64,000 bases of DNA from Tubiluchus corallicola (lineage: Eukaryota > Animalia > Priapulida): assembly GCA_030141605.1 (NCBI GenBank), contig JAQGDQ010000244.1, positions 1 through 64,000 of the forward strand, given 5' to 3'. A program made the position numbers and the translations under genes. The notes under the pieces were generated by a model. It was not told the origin of the DNA. It searched no databases and saw only the letters and a list, made by a program, of their open reading frames with translations. Positions within the stretch are counted from its first letter, which is position 1; every line of letters starts with the position of its first letter. Shown piece after piece: positions 63,338 to 64,000 of this stretch.

Positions 63338-63875
63338 GCTACGGCCAAATCACGTCGAAAACACCGGTTCTCGTCTGATCACCGAAGTTAAACAACGTAG
63401 AACCTGGTTAGTACTTGGATGGATGACCACCTAGGAATACCAGGTGCTGTAGGCTTGCAGTTGCCCACACTGTATCTCAACACTAGGCGGAGGAGCTGCG
63501 CAAGCAGCCAACGGCTAGAGGGCGGAGGAGGTCAAGTGACCCAACGGCCATGTGTAGAGGAGTAAACCTTCCAAATCAGGAGTGGAGCCCCGAAGGCGGA
63601 CCAGTGCAGCATGATCACTCACTCTGGCAGCTCCTGCAGCCAACCTGGTGCCAAACGTATCGCTCCGCTTTCCTTTGGACTACACCAGCGAGGAAGAGAG
63701 GGGGGTTCCTGTTGTCTGGGTAACTCAGGATACACCTTGCCCAGGCATGCACCCTGGAGATGTTCAAGGATTGCACTACTCAGCCACAGTCGACGCTGCA
63801 GCTCCATCAATGTGATCAATAACTGACTCTCTTGGCGCACACTCCATTGTCTTCCGAGACAGAAGGATGGCAAGA
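63338..63875 (+). mobile_element. 5S-rRNA-derived SINE, copy 3, with full-length 119-nt 5S head (63338-63456)
   Basis: gctacggcca...ctcgtctgatcaccgaagttaa...ggttagtacttggatggatgacc...ggaataccaggtgctgtaggctt runs into the SINE body with no T-run terminator; approximate TSD aacta(a)ttatcaaca. Confidence 0.9.
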
Positions 63876-64000
63876 ACTAATTATCAACAAAAAGAGAAAG
63901 GCTATATTTTACATCTCTGTGTATCTTTTGTTTATTATTGTAAGCAAGAAAATAAGGTTTTTCAAAAAACGACAAGACCTCAGTGAATGTTGAAGCAAAC

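Noticed and set aside
63338-63456. Functional 5S rRNA gene
   Set aside because: No oligo-T terminator; it runs into a body shared with two dispersed copies flanked by TSDs, so it is a SINE head.

Overview
AT-rich, repeat-dense eukaryotic DNA with GT-AG spliced genes; an invertebrate animal is inferred from gene content and transposon types. Three host genes are supported. (1) A minus-strand alkylglycerol monooxygenase (AGMO) with 9 coding exons traced by hand (23133->10191); its C-terminal exons were not found. (2) An intronless 1300-aa TPR protein, TTC37/SKIC3 (Ski3), at 30446->26544, possibly lying inside AGMO's first intron. (3) A divergently oriented plus-strand NRPS-like adenylation-thiolation-reductase gene with 12 exons (40120->63207, about 680 aa, continuing past the window). 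Its motifs (NIFFVWEMLRPL, WFNGEVVT, GGHSLL, LTGATGFLG) resemble the fungal glycine-betaine reductase ATRR. Introns and intergenic DNA hold three 5S-rRNA-headed SINEs, CR1/RTE/RTEX LINE fragments, Penelope-like remnants with hammerhead-ribozyme-like motifs in inverted repeats, many MITEs and minisatellites. One intron of the NRPS-like gene carries a duplicate of that gene's own P-loop exon. All family assignments come from motif recognition, not database searches.
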